A stretch of DNA of 59,529 nucleotides from a virus (Duplodnaviria; Caudoviricetes), in the IMG/VR virus record IMGVR_UViG_3300032257_000014, positions 1 to 59,529 of that record; one strand, 5' to 3'. Each line of letters opens with the position of its first letter. The stretch's first letter is position 1. Under the pieces are notes generated by a model. The model did no database searches, was not told the origin of the DNA, and saw nothing but the letters and a program-made list of their open reading frames with translations. Position numbers and translations under genes: made by a program. This document shows positions 32,701 to 40,142 of this stretch, in pieces.

Positions 32701-35700
32701 ACACAATTACTATTACCGGTACTGACCAAGGTAGAGGTGACGGTAAAGTTTTAGACATGAATAACAAAGCTGATCGTAAGATGCAGAAAGAGCTCATCGA
32801 GCATGAGATTACACATGCCAATACAGTAGCTCAGATTACTAAAGCTCTCGAGCAAAAAGATGGCTATGAGCATGCTGAAGTAATGTACTTTCAGAAGGCT
32901 ATAAAACAGCTTCAAGATAAATTCCGTAATGACATCAAAGGTTTAACAAATCTGCCCGGGGAAGTGTCTGGAAGATTGAACTACATATTTAAACGTACAG
33001 ACCAAGCTGAGCAGATAGCTGAATTTGTGGCTATCATGAATGCTGAAACTGATACTGCTAATGAAATTTACGCAATATTGGCTAAAACAACTAAAGGTGA
33101 TATTAAGTCTCGCATTAAAGAATTTGTTAAGAAAATTGCTAAGGCATTTGAAAAATTAACTGCTGCAGACTTTAAGAAAGATATAGACGTAGAGAAACTT
33201 TACAGTGCTATTGCTTCGACTGTTGCACAAGGTGAAACTCAACGTGAACAAAATTACGCTGAGACAGAAAAGTATTTATCTAAATTTGATAAGGCATTTG
33301 GAGCTGGAGTAAAAGATAGAAGTAACCTTAATTATTTGAATGCAGCTGTATCAAGTATGCTTAGCAGCAAATTTGAAGGTGAAGGTAAAAAGCTTGTTGG
33401 ATCTATACACGGAAAAATGAAAGAAGTATTCCCTGTATATACTGATGTGGCTAATAAAATAGCAGGTATCTACGACGAATCTGCAGCCCTACAGCAGATC
33501 TTGCACTCAATTACCGGTAATGGCATTGATAAGAGCAAGAAAGCTGATGTACTAGCTCAGTTTGCTGATGTGATGGCACAACAGACCTCTGTAATCAATG
33601 AGCAGATGGGTAGGTTTAATGAGCTACTTGCACCATTATCTGAAAAAGAAAAAGAAACAATTGGACGTTTTGTAACTGAAATGCCATTGCATGACTATTT
33701 TGTGTTGGCTGATGGGCTTGTGACTGAATCTGCGATAGCAGATGAAGTAATAAAACTTGAGCAAGCAATTAAGTCAGCAGGAAAGAAAAATGTTATTACC
33801 AGTATTGATAACTTAATTGATTGGAATGTTAATCATAACGAAAGAGCTAAAGGTAGAATATACAATCTTGCTGCTGGAGATACTCAATACAAAGGTGAAC
33901 TCGGTGAGAATGCTAGAAAATTACTCGCATTAAAATCTATCCAGACAATTGGTGCTAAAGACTTTGAAAAGCTATTGGCAAACACAGAGTTAACTAATCT
34001 TATTAAAGATAACAGTGTAGCGAATAGCTTGAGCTTACTAGAAAATAATGGCTCAAATAATTTATCTGATAGTCTTTTAATGGATTATTACAAAGAGCCA
34101 TTTCAGATTGAAGCAGTTGAAGAATCTGGACTTAGCCGATATAACACAGGTGAAAATACTGGATGGGAAGTATTACAAGCTCCTGAAGGTGGCAGACTTG
34201 GAATTGTGTATAGACCAATAATTGATTCAACAAATATTATGGGTGCCTATACAGATATAAAATTAAACTCTACTGGTATTACTGTCAGTGAAAAACATAA
34301 AAATACAGTTGGAGTAGTTAAGTCTGGAGACAATGAATACAAATTTAGGTTGACTAAAGATCAAAAATTAAAATTAGGATTGGTTGAAGATTTCAGCCAA
34401 GGACTAGTTCGCAGTACTGCTCACAATATGGCTATTCAGGATTCACAGATTATTCGTGATGAGATGTTAAGAAAGGATACTAGAAAAGTAGTAGGTAAGA
34501 ATACACAGGAATTAGAAGATATAGTTGCTTCTGACAATGTAGATAACCCATGGTTTATTAAACTTGAAGAAGGCACGGTATATGAAAAATTACCGAAAGC
34601 AATTCAAGCTAAATATATGAAGGTAGGTAGTCGTGTATCTAATGTAGATAACTTTGATGAGAATGTTGATTTAGTTCGAAAGGATATTTCACATTGGTTA
34701 TTGGGTGGAAGTGCAACCTCATTATTTACTAACCCACAAATGAAGTGGACAATGAGAATTGTAAAAGACTTAATAGCGGGTGCTAAAATTGGGATGGTAG
34801 TACTTAATCCAATTAAGATTGCTAATGATAACATCTCAAATGTTTCGTACTTAGGTGTGATGGGTGTGTCTCCAGTATTTATTGCAAAGAATTACAAAAA
34901 TATTACTCGAGATTTCCAAGCGTACTCTGATCTGCAACGTCAAATTATTCAGTTGAAAGTTCAATTGGTTGCAAAACCAGAGAGTACTAAGCTTAGTAAA
35001 AAGTTAAAGTCATTACAAAAAGAATTAGCTAAAAATTCTCTCGGTAATATTACAGAGAAAGGGTTTATTAACTCTCTAGGTTCTGACCTGGTAGCTAAAA
35101 ATGCAGACACATTATCTGGTCTACAAGCGGATATGCATACAGCTCTTAAATACCTTCTTATTAACAAAGATGGTAAGAAAAACTACGTGTCTCACTTTAT
35201 AATGCAACTCCAGAACCTTGGGTTTAATGGCGAAGATTTTTTAACTTACGTTGGAAAAATTGCCAATAAAGCTAGTAAGGATGGTAAAGGTGTCCAAAAA
35301 GAATTGGATCAGGTAGCTAGTCGATTGAAAGAGATCCGTACTGAAGAAGATATTATCAATTACGTTTCTCAATACACTAACAGTCCTGGCAGTGAGGCTG
35401 TACGCCTTGGAGCTTCGATTACTGACCTAACAGATGTGTTGGCCAAAGAAACTCTTTATCGTCACTTAGTTGAGGTTGAAGGCGCATCTCATGAAGCTGC
35501 ACGAATAAAAGTACTAGATTCGTTCCCAGACTATAAAGAAAATATGCCTTTAGCTATAAAACAACTAAGTGATTCCGGTATCATAATGTTTCCATCATTC
35601 TGGTTAAGAATTCAGAAAGTAATTTACCGGATGATTCGTGATAAGCCAGTTAACCTGGCTGCGGAATTAATGCTTGAAGAAGCATTTGGTAATAATATTA

Positions 35701-35813
35701 ACACCATTCTAGATGCTAATATTGTTAACAAATCAAATTCATTTGGTGGACTATTTCATACGCCAATAGAACCAATTGGTTTAGGAAGTATATTACCAAC
35801 GCATTTGTTTTAA
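29706..35813 (+). CDS. Virion-packaged single-subunit (T7/N4-type) RNA polymerase with zincin-like and C-terminal domains
   Basis: GRNARLY, motif A DATASG, motif B RELSKDPTMTFVYG, PIHSIDAA, motif C VHDD, then HEITH; position as N4 gp50. Confidence 0.9.
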   Translation: MSFCPNYNYFTKYIQAFRQNVEIDKQKDKDLRYNVWGTTATHVSEMFSKGIDALPWDDNNSQHVKSKIERSLKNITESPKSIQGFMKDIINNDDGNNIEFSIALHELMESVKGEADKARNIGIEISEVSETGVLPSLPLSRLAASIGRKIAYQKGYRFKSQEVNPSTAAEIETLYYAIGKLALEGLEQKGYVKVSDGMSTIKDYIDITELSKEFPKTNVATDKVLSVSLDEKKFGIKANTPESAYFLNRTESDLTDTELGTITDVLRAVRQVTQPSQYQLPDASPTQTMEELAERDDQNIGIDPKTEAVRKKLYDTPVYVHSSVHDLMTLLNKEAMKTGKSASKIIKEKFQGHQEVINSLFGLKRSDDHSIDKKESVAGQNLSKTAPLDDLVEYYDVIQKGSTTPAPLHMPLKIGRNARLYYENSVLNPHGSKHSRYMLTAGQYTVDSGSADFDYLVYGISQALGDKTLTYNNFTGKTESKLDDAIKVFDRYESSNTLQKKLAAISNLSVMFPGVDYVSLITTIKAVKDIRAPKGGKVTTEFNVSADATASGGTLTFLQALGTNPNVEKFLQRIGMLKQPDGSVKVSLNDLYGVMTENIDKFVKGEVIENLVGQDLSKLATGPRLLMQDTVELLFNKGEDTRELSKDPTMTFVYGQKRRGATETMARSLADRIVDSLNSPATKKYLVRLLGKEYSDMESEELRNTKALYIKIVTELQSSGLTGQLFDIMNASINEEYLVEFKSRSDQVFDYVKKLDSGRPFKILPAAAVLAGLKPTLANLKKYGMPLTKVYEVSNPTPTNNDTVLTRRQKLTQTVADVSPIHSIDAAQLYGSLDEVMTDNGAVVVHDDIRGTVQDVRAMEDKYREVTKKVISEFDIHQQIMEAVKAYGPEIAESPGFQALMSEILAEVESKKKIMNSDEFNDDTHALIGDGNKFIEFANGEQKAETKKPVTKKATPKKSGTALLKELAGESTIITNFLSMMNKSDVEVGDGNTFTPKTDTITITGTDQGRGDGKVLDMNNKADRKMQKELIEHEITHANTVAQITKALEQKDGYEHAEVMYFQKAIKQLQDKFRNDIKGLTNLPGEVSGRLNYIFKRTDQAEQIAEFVAIMNAETDTANEIYAILAKTTKGDIKSRIKEFVKKIAKAFEKLTAADFKKDIDVEKLYSAIASTVAQGETQREQNYAETEKYLSKFDKAFGAGVKDRSNLNYLNAAVSSMLSSKFEGEGKKLVGSIHGKMKEVFPVYTDVANKIAGIYDESAALQQILHSITGNGIDKSKKADVLAQFADVMAQQTSVINEQMGRFNELLAPLSEKEKETIGRFVTEMPLHDYFVLADGLVTESAIADEVIKLEQAIKSAGKKNVITSIDNLIDWNVNHNERAKGRIYNLAAGDTQYKGELGENARKLLALKSIQTIGAKDFEKLLANTELTNLIKDNSVANSLSLLENNGSNNLSDSLLMDYYKEPFQIEAVEESGLSRYNTGENTGWEVLQAPEGGRLGIVYRPIIDSTNIMGAYTDIKLNSTGITVSEKHKNTVGVVKSGDNEYKFRLTKDQKLKLGLVEDFSQGLVRSTAHNMAIQDSQIIRDEMLRKDTRKVVGKNTQELEDIVASDNVDNPWFIKLEEGTVYEKLPKAIQAKYMKVGSRVSNVDNFDENVDLVRKDISHWLLGGSATSLFTNPQMKWTMRIVKDLIAGAKIGMVVLNPIKIANDNISNVSYLGVMGVSPVFIAKNYKNITRDFQAYSDLQRQIIQLKVQLVAKPESTKLSKKLKSLQKELAKNSLGNITEKGFINSLGSDLVAKNADTLSGLQADMHTALKYLLINKDGKKNYVSHFIMQLQNLGFNGEDFLTYVGKIANKASKDGKGVQKELDQVASRLKEIRTEEDIINYVSQYTNSPGSEAVRLGASITDLTDVLAKETLYRHLVEVEGASHEAARIKVLDSFPDYKENMPLAIKQLSDSGIIMFPSFWLRIQKVIYRMIRDKPVNLAAELMLEEAFGNNINTILDANIVNKSNSFGGLFHTPIEPIGLGSILPTHLF

Positions 35814-35818
35814 TAAGT

Positions 35819-35850
35819 TAGGGGAGTAAACACTTACTCCCCTATTATTA
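35819..35850. terminator. Terminator between the convergent genome arms (probably bidirectional)
   Basis: TAGGGGAGTAA-ACAC-TTACTCCCCTA perfect 11-bp hairpin. Confidence 0.8.
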
Positions 35851-36024
35851 TTCAGGCCAATCCTCGCCACTAAAAATTGTAGCTCTATTAAAAAAAGTGT
35901 AGGCAATTCCAAACACTATTCCTAAGACAACAAGAATTAATAGTAAGTATGCAGTATAGAACGACGCAATTAAAACTCCACCAGCAATGATGGAGACAAT
36001 AATCGCTTTAAACATCGATTCCAT
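35848..36024 (-). CDS. 58-aa two-TM membrane protein (not in the ORF track)
   Basis: MESMFKAIIVSIIAGGVLIASFYTAYLLLILVVLGIVFGIAYTFFNRATIFSGEDWPE fills the gap between SSB and the terminator. Confidence 0.6.
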   Translation of the reverse strand: MESMFKAIIVSIIAGGVLIASFYTAYLLLILVVLGIVFGIAYTFFNRATIFSGEDWPE

Positions 36025-36033
36025 ACTGACCTG

Positions 36034-36726
36034 TTACTCTTCAGACTTGCCGAAACGCTTTTTGCTACCAAAAGCAGGAGCTTTTTCAGACTTACCGCCT
36101 GCAGTATCGGCAGAGTCTCCAGCAGTACCATCAGGACGTTTAGCTGCAATCCACGCAGTAACTTGCTCTTCAGTAACACCATCTTTATACGTAATATTAT
36201 TCACGTATTTCTGATCAGCAGCAAATCCTGCACCAGCTTCAGATTCATTAACGATTTCTTCTGCAGTAGCATTATCTTCAGCACGGTAGAAACCTTTAAT
36301 AATTTTCTTTTCCTGGATGTTACCGTTATAAGCACTGTATTCCATTTGAACACGCATTAGTACAGAGATGTCTGCTAAGTCTTCTAACACAGCACAATCT
36401 TTCATCTTTTCTTTTTTACCGATAGGTAATTCAGCTTCAATGGGATCTGCTACGTCATCTAAATTAGCAATAATCAATAGTTGATTAAATACTTTTGCAC
36501 CAATTTTGTTAGGTGTACCGTCGTTATTAGTTACACGAAGATTACCGTAGATAACTTGCTTTTGCTTAGAGTGTTCAACATACATATCAACTGATGTAGA
36601 ACCACCATTAGATACACTTACTAATGGAGCAATTATGTGCACAGGATAAATACCTGATTTATTAATATACGCACCACCAGATTGTTTAACATCTTCAGCT
36701 TTCTTACTTGTTTTTGCAAATGACAT
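36034..36726 (-). CDS. ssb: Single-stranded DNA-binding protein (N4 SSB/DUF669-like)
   Basis: GGAYINKSGIY N-terminus, flexible C-terminal tail ending KKRFG, strong codon bias, last gene of the replication arm and near a Sak4-like ATPase. Confidence 0.7.
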   Translation of the reverse strand: MSFAKTSKKAEDVKQSGGAYINKSGIYPVHIIAPLVSVSNGGSTSVDMYVEHSKQKQVIYGNLRVTNNDGTPNKIGAKVFNQLLIIANLDDVADPIEAELPIGKKEKMKDCAVLEDLADISVLMRVQMEYSAYNGNIQEKKIIKGFYRAEDNATAEEIVNESEAGAGFAADQKYVNNITYKDGVTEEQVTAWIAAKRPDGTAGDSADTAGGKSEKAPAFGSKKRFGKSEE

Positions 36727-36787
36727 ATTTTTATTCCTTACCCACTCAGTGAGTTGTTAGAAAGGGTGTCACCCCTATGGTTTAAAA

Positions 36788-37213
36788 CGCAATAACTTGA
36801 TTGTTATTACGAGATTTGATAGCTCATACAGTGACACGTAGTTGTCAAGCAACGGTCTGTTCCATAATGTATTGAGCGTTAATTAGATACTTCTACATCC
36901 TTCTTCTCGGACTGTCGGAGTGTACCGTTATTTATCGGATTTACCGCTTTACCGTTGTTCCCTCGTCACTGGGGTGTCGGGTAGAAGATACTTATAAATA
37001 GTTATTCACTGTGGCTATTGGATGCTCACTTTAGTAGATAAATTTCGCTACTTCTCCTGAGTCCAGCATTAACAGGCTGTGACACACTGAATCGTGAATA
37101 ACGTTAAATAGATAGCTTATCGATCACTGAAGCGCATGCTCATGCGGATGCTGTATATGGCCAATCAAGCAACGTTTTTAAGACACTGTAACTACAAATA
37201 AAAATCAATAAGC
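36788..37213 (-). ncRNA. Array 1 of five stem-closed structured RNA units (36788-36811, 36822-36877, 36890-36987, 37001-37102, 37115-37213)
   Basis: No ORF; each unit is bounded by a terminal inverted repeat (e.g. GUUAUUCAC/GUGAAUAAC, GCUUAUUGAU/AUCGAUAAGC); units are separated by 10-13 nt A/U-rich spacers; G-U wobbles favour the - strand. Confidence 0.6.
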
Positions 37214-37215
37214 GT

Positions 37216-37653
37216 TTAATTCGAGCTCAGTCTTTCCTGAGAGTATGTATTTCCTTTTTGTTGATTTTCTAATGGAGTTAAGTACTGTAAATTTTCAGGT
37301 ACATGAAGACCACTAACTAATTCGCCTCTCAAAGGTATTTCATGGTCAACTTCCATTCCATCTGGGCAATCATCGTAAATATCTTTAATGAGTTTACGGT
37401 CTGCCCATATAGGCATTCTTTGTGACTTCCTTGCAGCATAATTACTACTGCGTTCACGATTACCTTTAGGATTATTTTTAGTATAGTCTTTCATCCGAGC
37501 AGAAATTTTTTCTTTATTTTCGATGTTATATTTTCGAGCGTACTCTGCTTCTTTAGCAACGTTATCAGGATTAGCTCTATACCGAGCTTTACCTTCAGCT
37601 ATCTTTTTAGCATTTTTCTCTCTATATCTACGATTAATTTCTGATCTAGTCAT
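37216..37653 (-). CDS. HNH homing endonuclease
   Basis: EVDHEIPL...GLHVPENLQYLT..ENQQKGN; ATG at 37653 has an AGGA RBS (the ORF-track GTG at 37680 is probably too early). Confidence 0.85.
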   Translation of the reverse strand: MTRSEINRRYREKNAKKIAEGKARYRANPDNVAKEAEYARKYNIENKEKISARMKDYTKNNPKGNRERSSNYAARKSQRMPIWADRKLIKDIYDDCPDGMEVDHEIPLRGELVSGLHVPENLQYLTPLENQQKGNTYSQERLSSN

Positions 37654-37716
37654 AACTATCCTATAGAATTTGAACGGCACTATTCACCGAAGTCAGGGTC
37701 TGGAGTCCATGAACTA

Positions 37717-38385
37717 TTATAGGGACCACTTCTCAGCTTTACTTTGTTTATTCATAAGCAATTCGATATGAGCTTGTAAATTAAAATCATCAATGTCTAT
37801 GGTGTCAGGCAAAGCTTCTTTATCCATAGTTGTACGAGAACACATTTTAGAGTTTCTGCAATGCACAATACGTTTTTTACCTTTTAACTCAACAAATAAA
37901 GCTTCATCAACTTCTGAAAGCATTCCACCTTTTTTGCCATAACTGCCGCCAGCATTTACTAAGCTATAGCCTGAAACATCTTCACTATACATAGCATGTG
38001 AAACTACAACAACATTAAAGTTGGGAACCATATCACGTTCAATGAAATCCACAAATTTCTTAATTTCTGTATTCACTTTGCCATATGGAAATGCTTTAAC
38101 TTGATCAAGTACATAACCTTCAATATCTAAAAATATTTTAGAACCTGAATCAATAGCAACTGTTTTAGGAAGCTCTTTAAACTTTTCTTCATAAGCACCA
38201 ACTTTTTCTACAATTAAATCAATTAATGTATCTATACTGATAAAGTCAGGTACGTTTACATGTGGTTGTTCAAATGGATATTTTTTACCATCTCTGGCAA
38301 TTACTAGTACGTCTGTTAAAGACTTAAGTAATGTTGTCTTACCAATATTAGGCAGACTACTAATCAACAATTTTACGTTGCTCAT
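37717..38385 (-). CDS. AAA_24 / Sak4-like ATPase
   Basis: Walker A-like LPNIGKTT, VAIDS, VVVSH; near SSB. Confidence 0.75.
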   Translation of the reverse strand: MSNVKLLISSLPNIGKTTLLKSLTDVLVIARDGKKYPFEQPHVNVPDFISIDTLIDLIVEKVGAYEEKFKELPKTVAIDSGSKIFLDIEGYVLDQVKAFPYGKVNTEIKKFVDFIERDMVPNFNVVVVSHAMYSEDVSGYSLVNAGGSYGKKGGMLSEVDEALFVELKGKKRIVHCRNSKMCSRTTMDKEALPDTIDIDDFNLQAHIELLMNKQSKAEKWSL

Positions 38386-38395
38386 TGTTTATTCC

Positions 38396-38629
38396 TTAAA
38401 TAGGTTGGATTACAGCTCTCGCTATTAATAAAAAAATACTCAAAAATATTCCTGCGACTAATGCAGTGATCATTCCTTGGAAAGTTCCAAAGAATAGAAA
38501 CATTAGTCCAGCAGATACAGCAACATCAGTTTGCCAATGGTATTTGGCGAAGAATTCAAGATTTATCTTAGCCATTATTATACCAAAAGCTGCTGCTGTT
38601 AAGAAGCTAATTCCGATTATTTCAAGCAT
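38396..38629 (-). CDS. Small membrane protein
   Basis: Three hydrophobic segments; GTFQGMITALVAG motif. Confidence 0.6.
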   Translation of the reverse strand: MLEIIGISFLTAAAFGIIMAKINLEFFAKYHWQTDVAVSAGLMFLFFGTFQGMITALVAGIFLSIFLLIARAVIQPI

Positions 38630-38640
38630 AGTATTAGTCC

Positions 38641-39126
38641 TTAAAAATACTTTTTCTCCCCGTCTTTACGAGCAGAAATAGCATCTTCTAATTTTTTAAA
38701 ACGTCCAAGTGATATGGACTTTCGTTCAACAGTGATTGTCGCTCTCCACTGTTCTTGTTGTTTACACCAAGAAACTCCAGTAACACCAGATTTGTTATTA
38801 GAACTTAGTTGGCAATTACGTGATTGAGTTTCTTTAGAAGCCCACCGTAAATTGCCTGGTTCATAATTTCCAAGAGGATCAATACGATCAATAGTGTACG
38901 TAGGTTTAAGAGCATTATCTAAAGACATGATGTATTTATCATAGGCATGAAAATCAACAATCCATTCTTCCTTAATCTTTATTCCTTTGGCCCCATACCT
39001 AAAGTACTCTGGATCTGACTCCAAGTAGCAACGATGTCGCATGTGATTCCAGCGAATATAATTAGGTGATTTAGTAGCACCTGTATTTTTTAAACGGCCA
39101 AATCGAGTCTGTCTTGTTTGTTTCAT
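38641..39126 (-). CDS. HNH-AP2 endonuclease
   Basis: W.HMRHRC...YGAKGI, TIDRIDPLGNYEPGNLRWA, then the AP2 domain NKSGVTGVSW...WRATI...LGRF. Confidence 0.9.
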   Translation of the reverse strand: MKQTRQTRFGRLKNTGATKSPNYIRWNHMRHRCYLESDPEYFRYGAKGIKIKEEWIVDFHAYDKYIMSLDNALKPTYTIDRIDPLGNYEPGNLRWASKETQSRNCQLSSNNKSGVTGVSWCKQQEQWRATITVERKSISLGRFKKLEDAISARKDGEKKYF

Positions 39127-39132
39127 AAATCA

Positions 39133-39182
39133 CCACAATGTTGTTAAGTACTAATATTAACAACGTGTGGCATGAATTACAA
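39133..39182 (-). promoter_or_regulatory. Sigma70-like promoter embedded in an RBS-sequestering hairpin upstream of HNH-AP2
   Basis: TTGTAA-17 nt-TAATAT with an extended TG; arms CCACA..GTTGTTAA / TTAACAAC..TGTGG overlap the GTGGTG RBS. Confidence 0.5.
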
Positions 39183-39184
39183 GT

Positions 39185-39976
39185 TTAAACACGAAGTCTC
39201 GGATCATGCCAAATAATATGAGTTAATTCAGGATGCTTTTTAGTAGCTTTAATACTATCTACTGCAAGCTCTAATAAACCCTCAATGAAGTCAAAGTCTT
39301 CTTCAGTAATCATTTCTGTAAGTTCAGTAACTTCAGGTGGATATGATTTCAATGGTTTACCAGTTTTTTCACTGGTACCTCCATCGATATTACGATTCAC
39401 ATACACCAAACGAATACGAGTTACGTTGTAATCTAATCTACGGAGAATGTATGCGTACACAAGCAACTGGTACTTATAGTAAGCAGGTATTGCTCGAGGT
39501 TTAGTTTTAGAATTGTATGTCTTGTAATCTACAATCATACAATCTTCTTTCGTACCTTCCAGACGGTCAATTGTTCCACCAGCAAAATACTTATCTATCA
39601 ACTCAATCATATGTTGAGTTTCAACTTCAAGAAATTCATGCTCGAGTACATAGTAATTAACTAAGCACTCAGCCATCATTGGGTATTGCATACGAACAAT
39701 TGCAGGATCATAGTCATCATGAATATCAAGCATATCAATGTATTCATCAATAATATTTGTATCAACTACTTCACCTTGTGCAACCATCTCTGCACAGTAA
39801 TGGACAATAGTCCCAATAACAGTAGATGTATTATGCGTAAAAGGATTTTTCTTCAGCACTTCACTCTGGTACCAGTTATGAGGTTCCTGAATAAATTTAG
39901 CAAATGAACTTGGACTGATTTTAAATACAGCATCATCAGGTACAGTTGCGGGTGTGTAAATTAATGGATTAGTCAT
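39185..39976 (-). CDS. PD-(D/E)XK (Cas4/RecB-like) exonuclease
   Basis: ISPSS, GTIVH, GGTID, IVDYKT, YQLLVYAY motifs. Confidence 0.85.
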   Translation of the reverse strand: MTNPLIYTPATVPDDAVFKISPSSFAKFIQEPHNWYQSEVLKKNPFTHNTSTVIGTIVHYCAEMVAQGEVVDTNIIDEYIDMLDIHDDYDPAIVRMQYPMMAECLVNYYVLEHEFLEVETQHMIELIDKYFAGGTIDRLEGTKEDCMIVDYKTYNSKTKPRAIPAYYKYQLLVYAYILRRLDYNVTRIRLVYVNRNIDGGTSEKTGKPLKSYPPEVTELTEMITEEDFDFIEGLLELAVDSIKATKKHPELTHIIWHDPRLRV

Positions 39977-40142
39977 GATATTTTTTCATCTCTTGTTTGC
40001 ACACTTCACATGTGACTAATTTTTTTATCGAAATAATTTTTAAGTGGTAACTACCATTTCTACAAAGTGGTTCACTACGTGAGTACTTTGGGTGTTGATA
40101 ATGTTGAACATCATCTTCATCTGGGTATCCCCTATAAGGCAT
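39969..40142 (-). CDS. 57-aa putative zinc-binding protein (not in the ORF track)
   Basis: MPYRGYPDEDDVQHYQHPKYSRSEPLCRNG...VTCEVCKQEMKKYHD; overlaps both neighbouring genes. Confidence 0.5.
   Translation of the reverse strand: MPYRGYPDEDDVQHYQHPKYSRSEPLCRNGSYHLKIISIKKLVTCEVCKQEMKKYHD

Noticed and set aside
1857-35167. Many short opposite-strand or alternate-frame ORFs in the track (e.g. 1857-2222, 13714-14097, 26531-26998, 31253-31594)
   Set aside because: They are shadows of long genes with clear motifs and have no RBS or domain signal. The exception is Rz1, which has a lipobox.
36788-37213. CRISPR array or anti-CRISPR repeat units
   Set aside because: No recurring 23-50 nt direct repeat; the units share architecture but not sequence. 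The same holds for 44382-44865.
39969-40142. Frameshifted pseudogene at an A run
   Set aside because: Recounting the homopolymer gives an intact 57-aa frame.
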